NCBI GenBank assembly: GCA_045635825.1
Contig: JAZTWM010000015.1
Coordinates: 6,786 to 70,785 of the forward strand
DNA: 64,000 nucleotides
Source of the DNA: Candidatus Enterousia sp.
Lineage (GTDB): Bacteria > Pseudomonadota > Alphaproteobacteria > Rs-D84
Reading direction: 5' to 3'
Shown: positions 58,936 through 64,000 of the stretch, one piece after another
Layout: the number at the start of each line of letters is the position of its first letter
Numbering within the stretch: the first letter of the stretch is position 1
Position numbers and translations under genes: made by a program
Notes under the pieces: generated by a model
Databases searched by the model: none
What the model was told of the DNA's origin: nothing
The model's input: only the letters and a program-made list of their open reading frames with translations

Positions 58936-59610
58936 TTATTTTGCATCAACACGCAAGCCTGGGCCCTGGGTTGTCGCAACCGAGACACCCAAGATATACT
59001 GACCCTTGGATGATGCAGGTTTTACCTTTTTCAACTGGTCAATCAAGGCAACAGCATTTTCAACCAATTTATCGGTTGCAAATGACATTTTGCCAATACC
59101 CGCATGGATAATACCTTTCTTTTCTGCACGATATTCAATCTGACCTGCCTTGGCTGTTTTAACCGCTTCGGCAACGTTGTTTGTAACTGTACCCAGTTTT
59201 GGATTAGGCATCAAGCCCTTTGGACCCAAAACACGTGCAATCTTAGACATTTTTGGCATCATGTCTGGTGTTGCAATTACACGATCAAAGTTAATGTTAC
59301 CCGCAGCAACAGAATCAATCAATTCTTCGCCACCAACAACATCGGCACCTGCATTCTTGGCTTCGTCCTGAGAGTTTGCAGTAAACACTGCAACACGAAC
59401 GGATTTGCCTGTGCCGTTTGGCAAAGACAACATACCACGAATGTTCTGGTCAGCCTTGGTCACATCGATACCCAAACGGATAGCGATTTCCAATGTTTCA
59501 TCAAATTTCTTGGATGTATATTCACGCAACACTTCGATTGCATCAGCCAAAGCATACACTTTGTCTGTATCCAAGTTTTTCCAAGTTTGCTGTTTCTTTG
59601 TTAATTTCAT
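58936..59610 (-). CDS. rplA: 50S ribosomal protein L1
   Basis: Conserved L1 sequence. Cluster position. Confidence 0.9.
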   Translation of the reverse strand: MKLTKKQQTWKNLDTDKVYALADAIEVLREYTSKKFDETLEIAIRLGIDVTKADQNIRGMLSLPNGTGKSVRVAVFTANSQDEAKNAGADVVGGEELIDSVAAGNINFDRVIATPDMMPKMSKIARVLGPKGLMPNPKLGTVTNNVAEAVKTAKAGQIEYRAEKKGIIHAGIGKMSFATDKLVENAVALIDQLKKVKPASSKGQYILGVSVATTQGPGLRVDAK

Positions 59611-59614
59611 GATA

Positions 59615-60046
59615 TTACTCCTCTACCTTTACGCCCATAGAACGGCACTGACCCGCAACAATATTCATCGCAGATTCAATGGAAGAGCAATTCAAGTCTG
59701 GCATTTTCGCTTCGGCAATTTCTTTCAACTGGGCCTGTGTCAATGTACCAACAAAGTCACGACCTGGCTTATGAGAACCGATTTTCAATTTCAATGCCTT
59801 TTTAATATAATATGACACAGGTGGCAATTTCATAATGAATTCGAAACTGCGATCTGTATAAACAGTGATAATACATGGAATTGGCATTCCAGGTTCTTTA
59901 TCAGATGTCTTGTCATTAAACTGTTTGCAGAATTCTGCAATATTTACACCAGCAGCACCCAACGCTGGACCAATTGGTGGCGCAGGATTTGCCTGTTTTG
60001 CAGGGACGACCAATTTGACCAATCCCTTAACTTCTTTCTTTGCCAT
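59615..60046 (-). CDS. rplK: 50S ribosomal protein L11
   Basis: MAKKEV...PPIGPALG N-terminus. Confidence 0.9.
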   Translation of the reverse strand: MAKKEVKGLVKLVVPAKQANPAPPIGPALGAAGVNIAEFCKQFNDKTSDKEPGMPIPCIITVYTDRSFEFIMKLPPVSYYIKKALKLKIGSHKPGRDFVGTLTQAQLKEIAEAKMPDLNCSSIESAMNIVAGQCRSMGVKVEE

Positions 60047-60159
60047 TTTTCACTCCGTTTTTTTTCGTTTGTGTCGTGGTACGATATGGCGTATCTACCA
60101 CGGTTTGCTGTGATTTTACATGATATTATTCAGAAAACCACAAAAATCTGTTTGGGATA

Positions 60160-60693
60160 TTACACCCTTTCAACCTGATTAAACTCTAGATCCATGCTGG
60201 TTTCACGACCAAACACCAGAACTGTCACAGTCATCTTTTGTTTTACATTATCAACTTCGGATGCAACACCATTAAAGCCAGCAAACGGCCCGTCAACAAC
60301 ATGCACCTCTTGACCAACCTCGTACATAACATCTTCGGCTGCAACCGCGCCTTCTTCAACCTGCTTTAACAGACGACGCGCTTCTTCTTCACTGACTGCA
60401 ATTGGCTTATTTTTCGCACCCAAGAACATCACAACCTGAGGAACCTGTTTAACCAACGTAAACGTTTCATTATTCATTACCATTTGAACAACAATGTAAC
60501 CAGGAAAAAACTTCTTTTCGCTTTTAACGCGTTTACCGGCCTTAATCTCGGTCACTTCACGGGTTGGAACCAAAATCTCACCGAACAAAGCATTCAAGCG
60601 ACGTTTATCAATCTGTTCACGCAAACCACGCGCAACCTTGTCTTCGCACCCAGTATGAACATTAACGACAAACCACTGCATTTTATCTTCCAT
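60160..60693 (-). CDS. nusG: Transcription termination/antitermination factor NusG
   Basis: NGN domain plus C-terminal KOW (VGQEVHVVDGPFAGFNGV). Confidence 0.9.
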   Translation of the reverse strand: MEDKMQWFVVNVHTGCEDKVARGLREQIDKRRLNALFGEILVPTREVTEIKAGKRVKSEKKFFPGYIVVQMVMNNETFTLVKQVPQVVMFLGAKNKPIAVSEEEARRLLKQVEEGAVAAEDVMYEVGQEVHVVDGPFAGFNGVASEVDNVKQKMTVTVLVFGRETSMDLEFNQVERV

Positions 60694-60714
60694 TTTACGC
60701 TTCCTTTGCCTGTT

Positions 60715-60894
60715 TTAGAATATCAAACCCACGATTGCATTCAGCACACTATCCGTTACAAAAAAGAACAATGCCGCAAGTGCCGAAAACACCAAAATCG
60801 TTATTGTTGCACGAACAACGCTATCACGTGAAGGCCACACAATCTTGAACCATTCACCGCGAACCGACTTAAAAAAATCCAGTATTTTTTTCAT
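60715..60894 (-). CDS. secE: Preprotein translocase subunit SecE (single-TM, 59 aa)
   Basis: Hand translation MKKILDFFKSVRGEWFKIVWPSRDSVVRATITILVFSALAALFFFVTDSVLNAIVGLIF. Sits between tRNA-Trp and nusG. Confidence 0.75.
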   Translation of the reverse strand: MKKILDFFKSVRGEWFKIVWPSRDSVVRATITILVFSALAALFFFVTDSVLNAIVGLIF

Positions 60895-60936
60895 AAAAAA
60901 CTGCCTAAGTTACTGTTTGTTCACCTTGACTAAATA

Positions 60937-61010
60937 TGGCAGGGGCAGAAGGAATCGAACCCTCATCCGCGGTTTTGGAGACCGATATTCTACCGTTGAA
61001 CTATGCCCCT
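60937..61010 (-). tRNA. tRNA-Trp (anticodon CCA)
   Basis: Reverse complement AGGGGCATAGTTCAACGGTAGAATATCGGTCTCCAAAACCGCGGATGAGGGTTCGATTCCTTCTGCCCCTGCCA. One mismatch at the base of the anticodon stem. Confidence 0.8.
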
Positions 61011-61203
61011 GAAATGACAATATTTTTTACCCCTTGGTAAATCGAACGCCACCACATAGTCTGCAACAGGATAGCATACGATTACAAAAAATCAAGTGAA
61101 AATATTATAATACTTTTATCATTTTTGCACAAGGCTTTTTTTCATTTTACCACCCCAGAACAATCACTTTTTTCAATTTTCCCCTTGCATAAAGACCAAG
61201 TTT

Positions 61204-61914
61204 TTGTCTACAATCATCATAATTAAGGGGGAGATTTTTGTGCAAAACCGCGTAGAACCGCCAGTTTTAATATCAAGACTGATGGCCTTTGTGTTAACAA
61301 TGGCAGTGGTTGTGTTGGTCACTTTGGGCTATACCTTATATAATATGTTCCCACTTAATCGACCACAGGTATTCTTTTTAACAACAACTGTACGCGCCGA
61401 TCAAGATATACACTTGACCGAAATGCAACCAAACAGTGCTAATTTAGATGCATATAAAAAAGCATTCGTTCGTGAATACATCCGTCACAGAAACGAGGTT
61501 TACACGAACGCAAGCGTTATGCATAACAAATGGAACAATATTGACGGTGCAGTAAGAACCATGTCAACCGAGCAGGTTTATTCTGATTTTACAAATACAG
61601 CAATGTTTGTTGCAATTATGGGTGGCATGCCAGATTTTGACTTTTCTTGCCCGGTCGTATTTCATAAAGATCCACTGTATATGGGTAGCGATAACATGTA
61701 TCGTGTCAATTTTCGATATTTCTGTGCAGATAGTACTGGACGAACATGGCCAAAAGATTATACAATCGGTATTAGGTTAGAGAGTGATGGCGAAAGCAAA
61801 ATACGTTGGACAGACAGAATTGCAAATCCATTGGGGTTACGTGTGGCAGAATATAAGATAATAGAAGGCGATGGCGATCCACTGGATACAGGCTTTCGTG
61901 AAAGTGAAGAATAA
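61204..61914 (+). CDS. virB8: Type IV secretion VirB8-like protein (start may be an internal GTG/ATG)
   Basis: Short N-tail, single TM (LMAFVLTMAVVVLVTLGYTLY), about 190-aa periplasmic domain of VirB8 size. Immediately followed by a VirB9-like gene. Confidence 0.55.
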   Translation: MSTIIIIKGEIFVQNRVEPPVLISRLMAFVLTMAVVVLVTLGYTLYNMFPLNRPQVFFLTTTVRADQDIHLTEMQPNSANLDAYKKAFVREYIRHRNEVYTNASVMHNKWNNIDGAVRTMSTEQVYSDFTNTAMFVAIMGGMPDFDFSCPVVFHKDPLYMGSDNMYRVNFRYFCADSTGRTWPKDYTIGIRLESDGESKIRWTDRIANPLGLRVAEYKIIEGDGDPLDTGFRESEE

Positions 61915-61920
61915 TAAAAA

Positions 61921-63465
61921 ATGGGAAGGATTGGTATGACACTTGCAAAATTGGTTAAGTTTAATGTTTGTGCAGTATGTTTGGCGGGGTTGCTGACATT
62001 GCCGGCATATGCAGACTATGGCATACAGGCGGCATGGGACAATCCAACCGCAAACATGGCCGCAGGCAGTATTAAGCCAGGATATGCACAATTGGCATGG
62101 TCACCAGGTTCGGTATTGCCAATCAAATTACGTAACGGTATGGTCACAATGGTAACACTGCCAAACGGTGAACAAATCGCGGATGCAATTGTTGGTGACA
62201 CAGGGCAATTCGACATTGACACAACCCAAGGCGATCGCACAATGTTCATATCACCCGCCGGCAGCAATCAGGGTTCTGATACAAATATGATTGTTACAGG
62301 AAAATCTGGAAATAAATATATTTTCTATTTACGTGCGGAACCATCTAATTCCAGCGAAATCACATATTCACAGGTTGATATCATTTTGGACGGCAATGGC
62401 GTATTACCAATAGCAGGTGGCGGTGCAGTTGCATCAGGTGGTGCAAAATCAATATTCCAAAAGTCCACACCAAATACATCTGTTGCGGGCGGTGGTGCAA
62501 ATGATGAAGATTGGGGTTGGATTAAATCTATGAAAATCGATCCATCTGAGTTCCGCTTTGATTTGGATATATTCGTACCAAATCCCGACGATTATGTTAT
62601 TGCACCAGAACGTGTGTGGCGTGACAGAATCTTTACATATATTGACTTTGGCGACAAAGTTATATCTATGACACAACGCCCAGTTGTTTCATTGTTAGTA
62701 GAAGGTGGCGAGTCACCAGTTGGTTTTCGCACAGATGGTGAAGACGGTCGCTTGCTAATCGTGGAAGCAGTTGGTGATATGGTTTTGCGTAGCGGTCAGC
62801 GAATTGTATGTATCAAAAAGCGTGAAAAACCATTCTTGATTGCGGACACCGCATCTGTTATGGCATTGGCAGAGGCAAATGTTGCACAGAGTATGTTGTC
62901 CGGGCAATCACTGAATAATATCGCATATACAGACAGTATGGCAGCGATGAGCATGGGAACAGGATATACCGGCACACCAATGTATGTTGGCAATCAACAA
63001 GCCGTTAACCAGATGACAGGCGCAGGATATTATATGCCAGCAGGCTTTACCGCACCACAGGCAATGCCATCATCTGGCAGTGTTGTTAATATGCTACCCC
63101 AGCAACGTAATACCGCAGGTGCATATTTGCCACAGACAAATATTCCACTGATTTCCAGCAACCAGACAGGGGTTGCAGTTGAACTGAAATCTGATACATC
63201 TGTTAAAGCATTGGACGAATATTGGTCAATGTTATTGGCAAAGTTCAGTGGCGAAGATGGCCAGGGTCTGCTGACTAAATACAAAGATATGGTATTTTAT
63301 TCTGTAGACGAACAAGGCGTGGGCGATTTGGGTGCAGATTCCAAGACCGCACGTATGTATCGCCTGAGAATTGGGCCAATGGCCGACATTGATACAGCAC
63401 AGACACTGTGTGACCAAATGCTGAAATTCAGCGGAACCAGTTGCAGTGTTGTTCGTATGCAATAA
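61921..63465 (+). CDS. virB9: Type IV secretion VirB9-like protein with low-complexity linker and C-terminal SPOR-like domain
   Basis: Signal peptide. VirB9/CagX-type N-domain (PGSVLPIKLRNGMVTMVTLPNGEQIADAIVGD...TNMIVTGKSGNKYIFYLRA). Q/G/M/A-rich linker. C-terminal ...ARMYRLRIGPMADIDTAQTLCDQMLKF (SPOR-like). Confidence 0.6.
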   Translation: MGRIGMTLAKLVKFNVCAVCLAGLLTLPAYADYGIQAAWDNPTANMAAGSIKPGYAQLAWSPGSVLPIKLRNGMVTMVTLPNGEQIADAIVGDTGQFDIDTTQGDRTMFISPAGSNQGSDTNMIVTGKSGNKYIFYLRAEPSNSSEITYSQVDIILDGNGVLPIAGGGAVASGGAKSIFQKSTPNTSVAGGGANDEDWGWIKSMKIDPSEFRFDLDIFVPNPDDYVIAPERVWRDRIFTYIDFGDKVISMTQRPVVSLLVEGGESPVGFRTDGEDGRLLIVEAVGDMVLRSGQRIVCIKKREKPFLIADTASVMALAEANVAQSMLSGQSLNNIAYTDSMAAMSMGTGYTGTPMYVGNQQAVNQMTGAGYYMPAGFTAPQAMPSSGSVVNMLPQQRNTAGAYLPQTNIPLISSNQTGVAVELKSDTSVKALDEYWSMLLAKFSGEDGQGLLTKYKDMVFYSVDEQGVGDLGADSKTARMYRLRIGPMADIDTAQTLCDQMLKFSGTSCSVVRMQ

Positions 63466-63480
63466 GTTTTGGCAAGCGGG

Positions 63481-64000
63481 TACAGGGGATGAGTAAATTA
63501 AGACAACAAATTTCTGATATACGTAAGAACACACCTAAGCGGGTACAGTGGCTGTTGATGGCGGTTGCATTTATTGTGGTGATTATTTTGTTGACCCTGC
63601 TGATGGGTGGTGATAATAAGACACCAAATGCGGTACCTGTGGCAAAGATTGCACCAGAATTAAAAATTGATCCAGATATGATTAACTGGGCAGATGTTAA
63701 GGTTGGCGAAAAAAAGACACAAACAATCAAAATATCTGCAACAGCACCAGTTAAGATTTTTGACATGCGTTGGCATGCAGAAGATGTTGGTGGACTGACT
63801 GTTAATCAAACATGTACGAAGATGGGGCAGATTAATGCAACATTGGGATGTGCAGTATTTATAACATACGCACCATCATCTGCGATGGCCACAGAAAATA
63901 TTCCTGTGTTCATTGATTGGCATGACGCAGAAGAAACCCAAAAAATGAACAAGACTGCAAAAATTGTTTTAACACTTGGGGCGGTGGCACCAGAAATACC
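63481..64000 (+). CDS. Membrane-anchored hypothetical protein, possibly a T4SS component; 3' end outside window
   Basis: Frame open to the window end. MSKLRQQISDIRKNTPKRVQWLLMAVAFIVVIILLTLL is an N-in single TM anchor. No Pro-rich region seen. Confidence 0.35.

Noticed and set aside
29043-61010. Mismatch at the base of the anticodon stem (27:43) in both tRNA-Glu and tRNA-Trp
   Set aside because: Single non-Watson-Crick pairs at this position occur in genuine tRNAs. Acceptor, D and T arms and anticodons are all consistent, so the calls are kept.
1-64000. CRISPR arrays and rRNA genes
   Set aside because: Reading by eye found no regularly spaced direct repeats with unique spacers and no rRNA-like conserved stretches. 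Only dispersed repeats (att copies, terminators) were found.

Overview
This window looks like a low-GC alphaproteobacterial chromosome, from the gene content and order: a short ProRS, olsB-olsA, mraZ, and the minus-strand block tRNA-Trp-secE-nusG-rplKAJL-rpoB-rpoC followed by rpmF-plsX. Several features suggest a host-associated or intracellular lifestyle: VirB8/VirB9-like T4SS genes, an ankyrin-repeat protein, a Fic protein, a protein with pentapeptide-like repeats and a 671-aa orphan protein. About half the window is housekeeping: RNAP subunits, ribosomal proteins, fabH, proS, plsX, sodB-like, hemW, an M13 peptidase, mltB and a P-type ATPase fragment. The rest is accessory. (1) A ~5.8-kb integrase-bearing island is inserted into tRNA-Thr(UGU) and flanked by 112-bp perfect direct repeats. 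It carries Fic, NUDIX, a lipoprotein, a superinfection-immunity-like protein, a GC-rich Y-family polymerase and a YolD-like gene. (2) A cassette-like run of orphan genes ends at tRNA-Glu(UUC). Each gene is followed by a hairpin terminator and a degenerate copy of the tRNA-Glu 3' end. (3) A three-gene orphan module on the minus strand encodes an HNH-like Zn-finger protein, a 2-TM protein and a tiny protein made of two YD-type repeats. (4) A G10 homopolymer sits exactly between an ankyrin gene and a small ORF. (5) A GT2-GT1-GT2 glycosyltransferase cluster lies next to olsBA. (6) A VirB9 homolog carries a C-terminal SPOR-like domain. (7) A nested inverted repeat lies between rpoB and rpoC. All functional calls rest on motifs recognised by eye in the supplied translations. 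No database searches were run.
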